A model generated the notes under the pieces. The model did not search any database and was not told the origin of the DNA. It saw nothing but the letters and a program-made list of their open reading frames with translations. Both the position numbers and the translations under genes were made by a program. Below are positions 29,628-38,908 of a stretch of DNA of 49,584 nt, in pieces. Within the stretch, counting starts at the first letter, position 1. Each line of letters opens with the position of its first letter. This DNA comes from Bacteroidota bacterium (GTDB lineage Bacteria; Bacteroidota; Bacteroidia; Bacteroidales; CAIXTV01): assembly GCA_037144095.1 (NCBI GenBank), contig JBAWXL010000003.1:1-49584 (forward strand), given 5' to 3'.

Positions 29628-30938
29628 TTATAGTGTGATTTCTTTTTTGATAATTCTTGATAATTGTTTTAATTCATTGCCCATTATTGCTCTCAATTCT
29701 TCGCTTTGAACTGCTAATTCTCTGGCGATTTTTGTCAAGCCATGAACCGAAGGCCCATTAGTAGAAATTACGGTTGAATTTTTAATTATTTCATCACGGA
29801 TTTTATAAAACTCGTCTAATCTTTTTTCAATTTCAATTCCAAACTGCTTGTTAATGTCAAATACTTGTTCGAGAATATATCGGTAACTTTTTGCATCTTC
29901 GGTTAGAAACGGTTTTCCATCCAAAACGGAATTTCCCTTTTCATCTAATTTGAATTTATAGACCCAAGCACCATCTATAGACCCAATAATAAATGGAGAA
30001 TGAGTAGTTAAGAATATTTGTGCTTTAGGAAAAAGTTTTTGAATAACTGGTAATATTCTTCTTTGTGCTGCCGGATGAAGATGAATATCAATTTCATCTA
30101 AAAACAAAGTAAAGTTTTCTTTCCCTTCTGAAGGCATATAATCTAATCTGAATATTAAATCAGTAAGCCAACTTATTATTGACTTATAACCATCAGCCAA
30201 AGTATTATAATATATTGGAATGTCATTAATCTTTACCATTACATTTAACAAGTGTTCATCAAGAATAAACGAAATATCTTTTCCAATAATTTCACCAATT
30301 GCTTTTTCAATTCTTTGAATTGAAAAAAGATAATTTTCAGAATCTTTTATTTTCCCTTTTTGAAATGCTAATGCAGCCCTTGTTTTATTATTGGCTATCC
30401 ATTGAAACAGATTAACATTAGTATTCGTCTTATCGAATATCAATGCCTCTGTTATTGGATTGAAATCAATTTTTTTCATTACCTCAACATTGGTGTCTCT
30501 AAGTTGCCGATGTCCATTATAGGCAAAAAAATTATATGAGTGATAATCTTTAATATCCTCTTGTTGTAATAAACGATAGTATAAATTCCAGAAATTTAGA
30601 TCATCAATATTTTCATTAAAACCAAAATTAAAAAATTCTAGTTTCCTTTTTTCAAAATATAATCCAATACCAAGTTCGGGGTGTTTTCTATCGCCCCAAA
30701 TCTTTTTTATAAATGAAGAATTATCAATATCTTTTCTATCATCCCTAAGATATTCATTATAAACACTATCGAAAAAAGTAAGAGCTTCTAGTAAAGTCGA
30801 TTTTCCTGTTCCGTTTTCACCTGTAAAAATGTGTATTTCAGCCTTATCTTCTAACTTATTTTTTTCGAACGATAAGTCTAAATGTTCAAAAACACCCAGT
30901 TTATTAATCACTAATCTTTTAATTCTTAAGTCTTCCAT
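29628..30938 (-). CDS. ABC-type/AAA ATPase, PtuA-like
   Basis: GENGTGKS, LADGY, LDEIDIHLHP..QR, TTHSPFI. Confidence 0.85.
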   Translation of the reverse strand: MEDLRIKRLVINKLGVFEHLDLSFEKNKLEDKAEIHIFTGENGTGKSTLLEALTFFDSVYNEYLRDDRKDIDNSSFIKKIWGDRKHPELGIGLYFEKRKLEFFNFGFNENIDDLNFWNLYYRLLQQEDIKDYHSYNFFAYNGHRQLRDTNVEVMKKIDFNPITEALIFDKTNTNVNLFQWIANNKTRAALAFQKGKIKDSENYLFSIQRIEKAIGEIIGKDISFILDEHLLNVMVKINDIPIYYNTLADGYKSIISWLTDLIFRLDYMPSEGKENFTLFLDEIDIHLHPAAQRRILPVIQKLFPKAQIFLTTHSPFIIGSIDGAWVYKFKLDEKGNSVLDGKPFLTEDAKSYRYILEQVFDINKQFGIEIEKRLDEFYKIRDEIIKNSTVISTNGPSVHGLTKIARELAVQSEELRAIMGNELKQLSRIIKKEITL

Positions 30939-31032
30939 ATTCGCTTAAATTATAATTTAAAAAAACAAAATTAATATTTTCTTTTAACAATTGCACTATA
31001 TTCAGCGATGTATCGTTTTTGAAGCACGGCGC

Positions 31033-31485
31033 CTAACAGTCTTTTTTAATTTTCTCAACTAATAAAACCGATTCAATCACCATCTCTTTATCCACCGCCT
31101 TGCACATATCATAAATCGTCAATAAAGCCACCGAAACCGCCGTGAGGGCTTCCATTTCCACGCCGGTTTGCCCAATGCATCTGACTTCCGAGCTAATCTC
31201 CACTCCGTTTTCCATCAAAAGTGTTTTCACTTTTATTTGAGTGAGCAAAAGCGGATGGCAAAGCGGAATCAAAGTGCCGGTTTGTTTGGCTGCCTGTATG
31301 CCGGCTATTTCGGCAAGGGTCAGCACATCGCCTTTTTTAATGCTGTTTTCCTGAATCTTTTGCACAGTGGCTGCCTGCAAACGGATGAAGCCCTTTGCCC
31401 TTGCCATGCGCAATTGCTGAGGTTTGCCGCCGACATCAACCATAGAGGCTTTGCCCTCAGCATCGGTATGTGTGAATGTGTCCAT
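31033..31485 (-). CDS. moaC: Cyclic pyranopterin monophosphate synthase MoaC
   Basis: MVDV..K, LIPLCHP, TGVEMEALT, YDMCKAVDK. The TACCTTTG -7 box overlaps the longer TTG start. Confidence 0.96.
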   Translation of the reverse strand: MDTFTHTDAEGKASMVDVGGKPQQLRMARAKGFIRLQAATVQKIQENSIKKGDVLTLAEIAGIQAAKQTGTLIPLCHPLLLTQIKVKTLLMENGVEISSEVRCIGQTGVEMEALTAVSVALLTIYDMCKAVDKEMVIESVLLVEKIKKDC

Positions 31486-31520
31486 GATGGGTGAATTTTG
31501 CAACAAAGGTAGGAATATTT

Positions 31521-31639
31521 TTTAGGCTGAAGGATTTTAGGCTGAAGGGGGGAAGTCCCAAGTCTCAAATTTCAAATTCCAAGTCCCAAGGGGTGCTCTC
31601 CTTGGAATTTGGGGCTTGGGACTTTGAATTTGGGGCTTT
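31521..31639. repeat. Composite REP-like element (TTAGGCTGAAGG x2 plus heptamer hairpin)
   Basis: Homologous to 27172-27337. Confidence 0.75.
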
Positions 31640-31658
31640 AATAATAAGCGTATTACGG

Positions 31659-31859
31659 GCAAAGTTCACGTGAACTTTTAGCATAATACGCATACTAGGA
31701 GCAAAGTTGGCGTGAACTTTTGGCATAATACGTATACTACGAGCAAAGTTCACGAGAACTTTTAGCATAATACGCATACTAGGAGCAAAGTTCACGAGAA
31801 CTTTTGGCATAATACGTATACTAGGAGCAAAGTTCACGAGAACTATTGGCATAATACGC
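31659..31859. repeat. 42-bp tandem repeat x~5 with an 18-bp palindrome AAAGTTCACGTGAACTTT
   Basis: Units at 31659, 31701, 31743, 31785, 31827. Confidence 0.92.
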
Positions 31860-32176
31860 TGACGATGCCCATTCTGCACAACACACTCTTTTCTAGTATG
31901 CTTAGGATTCGAAAAATTGCCATAACTTGATTGGTTTTACAAAATAATATTCACTTACTTTTATGCGAATTACTACAGATAATCAAACAGATACATATTC
32001 GTGTTTTGACTTGGCTGAAGAAAAATACATTTTTTTGAATTATTTTTCATGAAAAGTGAAAATGCAAACAAATTCTTTTGTAATTTTACAGTCCAAAATC
32101 AAACCTATTCAAACCGAAATAAAACAATTCAATTCTAAATAAAATAATTCAAACAAAAACTTAAAAATTCAAAGCT

Positions 32177-33157
32177 ATGTATACCCTTGATTGGCAAGGA
32201 AGTCATGATATGTTTCATGGTCCTATGAAAGAAAGCGTCGAAAACGCACTGGGCATTGTAACTTACACACACGATGTGTTATATACTTATCAAGCAAGCC
32301 CTCCTCACCCCTTGTTCGTAACAATTTATGGCGAAACACACATCGGGTTTCAAGCCCTGCTCGACACGATGAGGCTTAAATACAGTATGTTTTCAACAAA
32401 AATCGGCAGCACCGATTTGGTAGAAACTAAGTATATGATTTTTAGCGAAAGATTAGATCATTTCGACGATTTAATTCGCGCTGTTTATGGCAAACGCACC
32501 AACGAATATAAAAGCATTTGGGGCAACGACCGCAATCGTTTTTATCGCGGTTCTTATGAAAATAGAGAAGTTGCCTTAAAAGGTCTGGCCACCGCAATGG
32601 GCACTTTTAGTGGTTTAACTGCCGCAGCCGCCGAAGTGATGGCATATCATGACGACCTTAAAGCTGCACGCACAGCACAGCACGGATTTATTGGCGATTA
32701 TAATACCGATAGCTCAGATGTGATTGATGCCGTTAATGCTCTTATTTTACAACAAAACCGCAATCTTGGTTTTTTAAGATTCTTCTATTCACTGGGTCCC
32801 GATCCACAAAAAAAAATCAATTCATTTTTCGATTTGAGCAAAATCATGAATCATGGTCATGATAAAAAATATCTGAAACATATTCCTGCCGCCGGATTCG
32901 TAAAAATATGCATTCATCATACTAAACCTACCGATAAATTCAGAATTTTGGTAGATGGAACCGAAGATGCCTACATCAGTTCAGCCATCGATAATAACAC
33001 TCCCGGTAAGACTACTGATTTCAAAGCCACAGCAGGAGTCCAATACGAAAAACCATCCACACAAGTATTATCCGATCTCACTAAAACCCATATCATTGCC
33101 ACCAACTCAAGCCTGACCACGGCAACACATATTGTTTTTGAGATAATTGAGGAATGA
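32177..33157 (+). CDS. Hypothetical protein: helical N-domain (..FFDLS) plus C-terminal beta-rich domain
   Basis: 326-aa ORF, no signal peptide, A-rich leader, followed by a terminator. Confidence 0.75.
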   Translation: MYTLDWQGSHDMFHGPMKESVENALGIVTYTHDVLYTYQASPPHPLFVTIYGETHIGFQALLDTMRLKYSMFSTKIGSTDLVETKYMIFSERLDHFDDLIRAVYGKRTNEYKSIWGNDRNRFYRGSYENREVALKGLATAMGTFSGLTAAAAEVMAYHDDLKAARTAQHGFIGDYNTDSSDVIDAVNALILQQNRNLGFLRFFYSLGPDPQKKINSFFDLSKIMNHGHDKKYLKHIPAAGFVKICIHHTKPTDKFRILVDGTEDAYISSAIDNNTPGKTTDFKATAGVQYEKPSTQVLSDLTKTHIIATNSSLTTATHIVFEIIEE

Positions 33158-33164
33158 AATTAGC

Positions 33165-33203
33165 AAAAGCTTCCATCTTTCGAAAAGATGGAAGCTTTTT
33201 TTT
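33165..33203 (+). terminator. Intrinsic terminator
   Basis: aaaagcttccatcttt/aaagatggaagctttt followed by a T-run. Confidence 0.85.
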
Positions 33204-33291
33204 AAATAAAGGTGGAGATTAGATACCACTTGAAAAAACGGGGCGGTTGCTGAAAAGCCAAAAGAGTAAGCTAAAAAAATAGAATAACAAA

Positions 33292-34014
33292 ATGAAAAAA
33301 TCGACAGTTCTAGTAGCTTTAATGTTAGCAATCAGTTTTAATTGCTTATCTCAAAATGATTCTACCAAATGGAATATTCCGAAAAAAGGATGGTTCTTTG
33401 AAATAGGAATCCCTATGTTTGGTTGCTCAATGAAATTGTCTAATGAAGGTATAGTAACAGATGATTTTCAAGACTTTAATTTGAATATTAAACTTATTAG
33501 TTTTGCAGCATACTTTAATACTAAAAATAATAATTCTAAAATAGGAATTGGATTAGATATTGGTCATTTTGGAAACAATATTTCAAGAAGCGTGCTTGAT
33601 AAAAGATTACAAGTTATAAATACAGGGTATTATTCTGATTGGAGTGTAGATTGGGGAGTTACAAGTTTAAAATTAAAAGTTAGAAACTATACTAAAATTT
33701 CAAGGAAGTCAAGTTTTTCATTTGGATTTGGATTAGCCGTTTATCAAAGTGGATTAGGACAGATGATAATTCTTGATCATAATAATGCTTCTTATTCAAA
33801 AATCGTTGATGAAATTTATAACACAAATCTTGGATTTGCTTTTGATTATAGTCATAATTGGGATTTATTAAAATGGTTGAGTTTAGGAATAAGAGTAGAC
33901 CTTGAATATTATCGAATAAAAACTAATAATATCGTGAGTAATTATGGTGTTTATGATATTAGATCAAAAGCAAATTTCATTTCAATTACTCCAACAATTA
34001 ATTTTAAATTATAA
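33292..34014 (+). CDS. Outer-membrane beta-barrel protein (hypothetical)
   Basis: Signal peptide, amphipathic beta strands, C-terminal ITPTINFKL. Confidence 0.65.
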   Translation: MKKSTVLVALMLAISFNCLSQNDSTKWNIPKKGWFFEIGIPMFGCSMKLSNEGIVTDDFQDFNLNIKLISFAAYFNTKNNNSKIGIGLDIGHFGNNISRSVLDKRLQVINTGYYSDWSVDWGVTSLKLKVRNYTKISRKSSFSFGFGLAVYQSGLGQMIILDHNNASYSKIVDEIYNTNLGFAFDYSHNWDLLKWLSLGIRVDLEYYRIKTNNIVSNYGVYDIRSKANFISITPTINFKL

Positions 34015-34037
34015 TTGCGTACCTAATTCGGCATAGG

Positions 34038-34094
34038 CTCTGCCTATTCAAGTTTAAGAAATTCTACTCATATTGTTTTTGAAATAATTGAAAA
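34038..34094 (+). pseudogene. Relic of the 3' end of a paralog of 32177..33157
   Basis: SAYSSLRNSTHIVFEIIEK versus ATNSSLTTATHIVFEIIEE; 24/26 nt identity between 34066-34091 and 33125-33150. Confidence 0.7.
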
Positions 34095-34209
34095 GAATAA
34101 TAATTATATTTGCTCTTTAATTTCTTTAATGGAATTTGGAGATCACTTGAAAAAATAGGGAAGCAGAAAACTAATAATAGAGTATGCAAAACATAAACAT
34201 TTTATTAAA

Positions 34210-34539
34210 ATGAAAAAAATAATTTTAGGTAGTTTTATCGGAATCTGTTTTACCACATTAGTCGCATTTACAATTGCTAATTACGAACCCAAAAAATGCA
34301 CAGGTGAGGTTCAACAATTAGAAGGATATTACATTTTTGTTGATTCAAGACCTGTAATGGAATATGAATATTTGGGGACAGTAAAAGGCGCTGTTATTAG
34401 TTTCGGAGGGGGACAATATACTACTATACGAAATAAACTTATTAAAAGAGCAAAAAAGGACTATCCAAGAGCAGATGCATTGATTTTTACTTTTATTGAT
34501 GGAGGAATTGATAAAGTTGATGTTATCAAATTTAAATAA
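34210..34539 (+). CDS. Small secreted hypothetical protein (YbjQ-like fold possible)
   Basis: Signal peptide; EYEYLGTVKG..LIKRAKK..ADALIF. Confidence 0.65.
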   Translation: MKKIILGSFIGICFTTLVAFTIANYEPKKCTGEVQQLEGYYIFVDSRPVMEYEYLGTVKGAVISFGGGQYTTIRNKLIKRAKKDYPRADALIFTFIDGGIDKVDVIKFK

Positions 34540-34883
34540 TGGAAATTTTACTTCAAGAATTTATTAGCAAAACATTGGAAGAAATCAATGAAGGTCTTCC
34601 AGGTGGGTATATTATTGAAGGGACTATTGATTTTGAGGTTTCACTTACAACTAGTACAAATAAATCTGGTAAAGTTGAGATTAAAGTTATAAGTGGTGGT
34701 TTAGAAAAGGGAAATGAACTAGTTCAAAATGTTTATTTTTCAGTTATTAATGAATTAGAGAAAAAACGTTCAGAAAAAAATTCTGCAGATACTATCTTTA
34801 AATATATTGAAAAAGGATTGAAGAAAATAAATACAATTTCAGAGAAGTCAGGTAAAGTAAAAACAACAAAAAACCGCAACTAA
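34539..34883 (+). CDS. Trypco2-like small protein with a HicA-derived tail
   Basis: LQEFISKTLEEI..G..IDFEVSLT..SGKVEIKVI pattern. Confidence 0.5.
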   Translation: MEILLQEFISKTLEEINEGLPGGYIIEGTIDFEVSLTTSTNKSGKVEIKVISGGLEKGNELVQNVYFSVINELEKKRSEKNSADTIFKYIEKGLKKINTISEKSGKVKTTKNRN

Positions 34884-34946
34884 GCTGATTTTGCAAAAGG
34901 AACATTGAACAGTATATTAAAACAAGCACAATTAATACAGGATTAG
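34845..34946 (+). pseudogene. hicA: hicA toxin C-terminal remnant
   Basis: KSGKV..*ADFAKGTLNSILKQAQLIQD* immediately before hicB. Confidence 0.7.
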
Positions 34947-34951
34947 AAATC

Positions 34952-35167
34952 ATGTTAAAATATTTAATCATTTTCGAAAAAACAGAAACAGGTTACAGCG
35001 CCTATATCCCCGATTTACCCGGTTGTATTGCAACAGGTAAAACAAAAGCTATTACTGAAAAACATATACTGGATGCTATTCATTTTCATTTGGAAGGCAT
35101 GAAAGAAGAAAAAATAAAATTTCCGATAAACAAAACAGATGCAGAAACATTTGTTTTTACAGTTTAA
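34952..35167 (+). CDS. hicB: HicB-family antitoxin (short form)
   Basis: YSAYIPDLPGCIATG.T..AI.FHLEG. Confidence 0.9.
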   Translation: MLKYLIIFEKTETGYSAYIPDLPGCIATGKTKAITEKHILDAIHFHLEGMKEEKIKFPINKTDAETFVFTV

Positions 35168-35295
35168 TCTATCCCCTCTCTAAACTATATATATAATTAT
35201 GTGATGCAGCTAAGCCGATGTTGCAAATCGACTTTGAATATTGGATAATTTGCCCTTGAAAAAAAAACTTATATTTGCACTAAATATAAAATGAT

Positions 35296-35532
35296 ATGAG
35301 AGTAGAAACTATTGATATAAAAAGCAAAAAAGGTATGCAGGAAATCGTCATTCCACAACAAATGAAGATTGATGACGACAAGGTTTATATTAAAAAAGTT
35401 GGGAATTCGATATTTATTATCCCCTTTCATAATCCCTGGCAAAATTTGATTGATAGTACCCACTCATTTACTTCTGACTTCATGGAAAACAGAGACCAAC
35501 CAGACATTCAACATAGAGAAATGTTTGACTAA
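35296..35532 (+). CDS. vapB: VapB (AbrB/MazE-type) antitoxin
   Basis: Q..VIP..VYIKKVGN.IFIIP..W..DFM.NRDQP..QHRE; overlaps vapC. Confidence 0.85.
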   Translation: MRVETIDIKSKKGMQEIVIPQQMKIDDDKVYIKKVGNSIFIIPFHNPWQNLIDSTHSFTSDFMENRDQPDIQHREMFD

Positions 35533-35933
35533 TGGAATATTTATTAGACACAAATATTTGCATCTATATCATCAAAAAAAGACCAGTTCAGGTTTTTGAT
35601 AAATTCAGGAGCTTGTCTATTGGTGATATCGGAATATCTTCAATCACACTGGCTGAACTTCAGTTTGGAATAATGAAAAGTTCAAATCCAATAAAAAATC
35701 AAGAAGCATTAGATGAGTTTTTAACACCACTCGAAATATTGAGTTTTGACTATAATGCAACCATTGAATATGGTATTATTAGGGCAGAATTGGAGAAAAA
35801 AGGGACGCCCATTGGTCCTTTAGATACATTAATTGCAGCTCATGCCAAAAGTCTTGATTTGACTTTGATTACAAATAACGAAAAAGAGTTTGAGAGAATA
35901 GTCGGTTTAAGAATAGAAAACTGGACCAAATAA
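35532..35933 (+). CDS. vapC: VapC PIN-domain toxin
   Basis: LLDTNICIY, ISSITLAEL, GPLDTLIAAHA, TNNEKEF. Confidence 0.95.
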   Translation: MEYLLDTNICIYIIKKRPVQVFDKFRSLSIGDIGISSITLAELQFGIMKSSNPIKNQEALDEFLTPLEILSFDYNATIEYGIIRAELEKKGTPIGPLDTLIAAHAKSLDLTLITNNEKEFERIVGLRIENWTK

Positions 35934-36051
35934 AGAGAAATCCATTTCAAACAAAAAAGATAACTATCCCTTCAGCCTAACTTCCTTCAGTCTAACCCCC
36001 TTCTTTTCAGAAAAAATATTACTTTTGCGTAATCATATAGCAAAGTTCAAA

Positions 36052-36357
36052 ATGGCATTGTTAAACAAAATCGAGATATTAGATTATTTTAAATTGAACA
36101 AAGATTTGTTTAAGATGAAATATAATGTCGTAAAGATTGGGATTTTTGGTTCTTATGCCCGAGGCGAAGCAACCGAAATGAGCGACATTGATGTAATAGT
36201 TGAGTTTGATGAAAACACAGACGATTTGTTTGATAAAAAATACGAGCTGCGAGAGTCGTTAAGCACATACTTTCATAAAAACATAGATTTATGTAGAGAA
36301 GGCGCCATCAAACCGGTTTTTAAATCGCTCATATTAAAAGATGCAATTTATGCTTAG
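36052..36357 (+). CDS. MNT nucleotidyltransferase antitoxin
   Basis: GIFGSYARGE...SDIDVIVEF. Confidence 0.9.
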   Translation: MALLNKIEILDYFKLNKDLFKMKYNVVKIGIFGSYARGEATEMSDIDVIVEFDENTDDLFDKKYELRESLSTYFHKNIDLCREGAIKPVFKSLILKDAIYA

Positions 36358-36688
36358 TAAAGATCAGGCTATTTGCACCAACATGCTCGAAGCGGTTAAT
36401 AAAATACAGGAAATATGCAGCCGCTTTTCAAACGTGGAAGAGTTTTCAAAAGATTATATCCATTTCGATGCAGCCATGATGAATTTTGTGGTAATAGGAG
36501 AGATGGCAAATAAACTTAGCGAAAGTTTTAAAGAAGATTATCACGAGATGGAATGGCAAAAGATATGTTTCTTTAGAAACATCATAGCACACGATTACTT
36601 TGGCATTGATGAAAAAGAAGTATGGCAAATAATATTTAACAAGCTTCCGGTATTAAAAGAATTTCTCCTGAAGATTTTAGGTGAATGA
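36350..36688 (+). CDS. HEPN (DUF86/HepT-like) RNase toxin
   Basis: IGE, W..I..FRNIIAHDYFGID..VW (RX4H motif). Confidence 0.9.
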   Translation: MLSKDQAICTNMLEAVNKIQEICSRFSNVEEFSKDYIHFDAAMMNFVVIGEMANKLSESFKEDYHEMEWQKICFFRNIIAHDYFGIDEKEVWQIIFNKLPVLKEFLLKILGE

Positions 36689-36802
36689 AAAAAGAATAAT
36701 TTGCATTTATCTTTATGCTCATTAAAGTTTAGAATAATTGTTTTACTATCCTTCCAGCCTAATTCCCTTCAGTTAAACCCTCTTTATCCAACATTAATTA
36801 TC

Positions 36803-38875
36803 ATGAAAAAGCACAATATTATTTTTGTTTTACTGATGCTGCTGGGCTTAAATAGTCTATATGCGCAATCAGATTCTCCTCAAAAAGACAACAACAAGCG
36901 AATGGAGTGGTGGCGCGAAGCCCGCTTTGGCATGTTCCTGCATTGGGGTTTATATTCAATACCTGCCGGTCAGTGGGGCAATGAAAAAACCCATGCCGAA
37001 TGGATTCGTGAAACTGCCAAAATTCCGGTTGCCGAATATGAGAAACTCATGACGCAATTTAATCCGGTTAAATTTAATGCAGAAGACTGGGTTAAAATGG
37101 CGAAAGATGCAGGGATGAAATATATTGTCTTAACCTCAAAACACCACGATGGTTTTTGTTTATTCGATTCAAAATTCACCGATTTCGATGTGATGAATAC
37201 GCCTTTTAAACGCGATATTTTGAAAGAACTTGCCGATGCCTGCCGAAAATATAACACGAAAATTTGTTGGTATCATTCCATCATGGATTGGCATCATCCC
37301 GATTATCTTCCCCGCCGCGAATGGGAAACCACCATCAGACCCATTGATGGTGCTGATTTCGAAAAATATTTCAGCTATCTTAAAAATGAACTCACCGAAA
37401 TTGTCAGCAACTATGGCGACATCAGCATTCTTTGGTTTGATGGCGAATGGGAATCGACCTGGAATCATAAATATGCCACCGATTTGTTCAATTATTTAAG
37501 GAAACTTAAGCCCAATATGATTATCAATAATCGCATCGATTGCTATCGCGACGGCATGGGAGGGTTGAACAAAAACCCCGAAGCTTTGGGCGATTATGGC
37601 ACTCCCGAACAGGAAATTCCCGAAAATGGTTTGCCCGGCATCGATTGGGAAACCTGCATGACCATGAACGACCATTGGGGTTTTAATAAATTTGATAAAA
37701 ACTGGAAGTCGGCAAAAGAACTGATACAAACCTTGGTAGAAGTTGCTTCGAAAGGGGGAAATCTCTTATTAAATGTGGGTCCCACTTCAGAAGGATTATT
37801 TCCACAAGAAAGCATCGAGCGCTTAAAAGCAATAGGCAATTGGATGAAAACGAATAGCGAGTCAATTTATGGAACTCAGGCAAGTCCTTTTAAAAAGCTC
37901 AGTTTTGGCAGATGTACTCAGAAAAATATTTCCGAAGGAACTCGTTTGTATTTTCATGTGTTCGATTGGCCCAACGATAAAAAAATAGTGATTTCAAATC
38001 TGATTAATACAGCTACAAAAGTGTATTTATTGTCTGATCCGCAACAAAAACCGCTTGCTTGTAAGAGAACCGGTTTAATGCTTGAAATCACCTTGCCTGA
38101 TGAAGCACCGGATGCAAATAATTCAGTGGTGGTGATCGAAATCAAAGGAAAAGCCCAAGTGATAGATTCACCTGAATTCAGCTATAAGTATTACGAAGCA
38201 AAAGATGAACTCTTAATAGAACTGAAAACTAAGGTGGAAAACGAGAGCTTAAAAATACATTACAGTATTGATGGCACTGAACCGACTGAAAAATCGACCT
38301 TGTTCAATGGACCCATTAAAATTAATAAACAAATAGAATTTAAAGCTCAGGCTTTTTATGGAAAAGAAAAAATTGGGGAGACGACAAAGATTAAACTGCC
38401 AATTTCATATAAATGTAAAGTAACATTGAAAAATCAACCCAGCGAAAAATACAAAGCCAATGGGGCAGCAAGTCTTACCGATAGTGATTATGGGACAAAA
38501 GATTTTATGGATAAAACCTGGCTGGGATTCGAAGGTGAGGATTTTTCAGCAACCATCGACCTCGGAAAATTAACAATGATAAATCATGTAAGGCTCAACT
38601 ATCTATCCACTCCGGGTTCATGGATATTTGAACCCATTGAGATTAAGGTAGAATATTCAAGCGACGGGATTGAATTCATGCCACTAACTTCCTTAGAAAA
38701 TGATCCTATGCGATGGAGTGTTGTAAAAGGATTAAACACTTTCAGGAAGGATGTTAAAACAGTAAATGCCCGCTATGTTCGTTTTTCAGCAAAGAACAGG
38801 GGCGTATGTCCAAAAGGACATCCAGGCGAAGGGAATAAATCCTGGATTTTCATTAATGAATTGATGGTAGATTAA
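36803..38875 (+). CDS. Alpha-L-fucosidase GH29 with C-terminal FN3-associated and F5/8-like domains
   Basis: RFGMFLHWGLY, KHHDGF, LWFDGEW, NLLLNVGP, YSIDGTEP. Confidence 0.92.
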   Translation: MKKHNIIFVLLMLLGLNSLYAQSDSPQKDNNKRMEWWREARFGMFLHWGLYSIPAGQWGNEKTHAEWIRETAKIPVAEYEKLMTQFNPVKFNAEDWVKMAKDAGMKYIVLTSKHHDGFCLFDSKFTDFDVMNTPFKRDILKELADACRKYNTKICWYHSIMDWHHPDYLPRREWETTIRPIDGADFEKYFSYLKNELTEIVSNYGDISILWFDGEWESTWNHKYATDLFNYLRKLKPNMIINNRIDCYRDGMGGLNKNPEALGDYGTPEQEIPENGLPGIDWETCMTMNDHWGFNKFDKNWKSAKELIQTLVEVASKGGNLLLNVGPTSEGLFPQESIERLKAIGNWMKTNSESIYGTQASPFKKLSFGRCTQKNISEGTRLYFHVFDWPNDKKIVISNLINTATKVYLLSDPQQKPLACKRTGLMLEITLPDEAPDANNSVVVIEIKGKAQVIDSPEFSYKYYEAKDELLIELKTKVENESLKIHYSIDGTEPTEKSTLFNGPIKINKQIEFKAQAFYGKEKIGETTKIKLPISYKCKVTLKNQPSEKYKANGAASLTDSDYGTKDFMDKTWLGFEGEDFSATIDLGKLTMINHVRLNYLSTPGSWIFEPIEIKVEYSSDGIEFMPLTSLENDPMRWSVVKGLNTFRKDVKTVNARYVRFSAKNRGVCPKGHPGEGNKSWIFINELMVD

Positions 38876-38908
38876 AATCAATAAAATTTGTTTTCCTGAT
38901 CAAACACC

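Noticed and set aside
29018-30938. Retron Ec78-like system
   Set aside because: No reverse transcriptase ORF or msr/msd region is adjacent.
31659-31859. CRISPR array
   Set aside because: The segments between palindromes are near-identical rather than unique spacers, and there are no cas genes. The same applies to 13347-13500.
31565-31879. 104-aa ORF with 14-aa repeats (RIMPKVLVNFAPS)
   Set aside because: It is the translation of the 42-bp DNA repeat plus a REP arm. The DNA-level palindrome explains the conservation better, though coding is not strictly excluded.
31860-32100. Moco riboswitch upstream of moaC
   Set aside because: moaC has a proximal -7 promoter and I see no convincing riboswitch structure.
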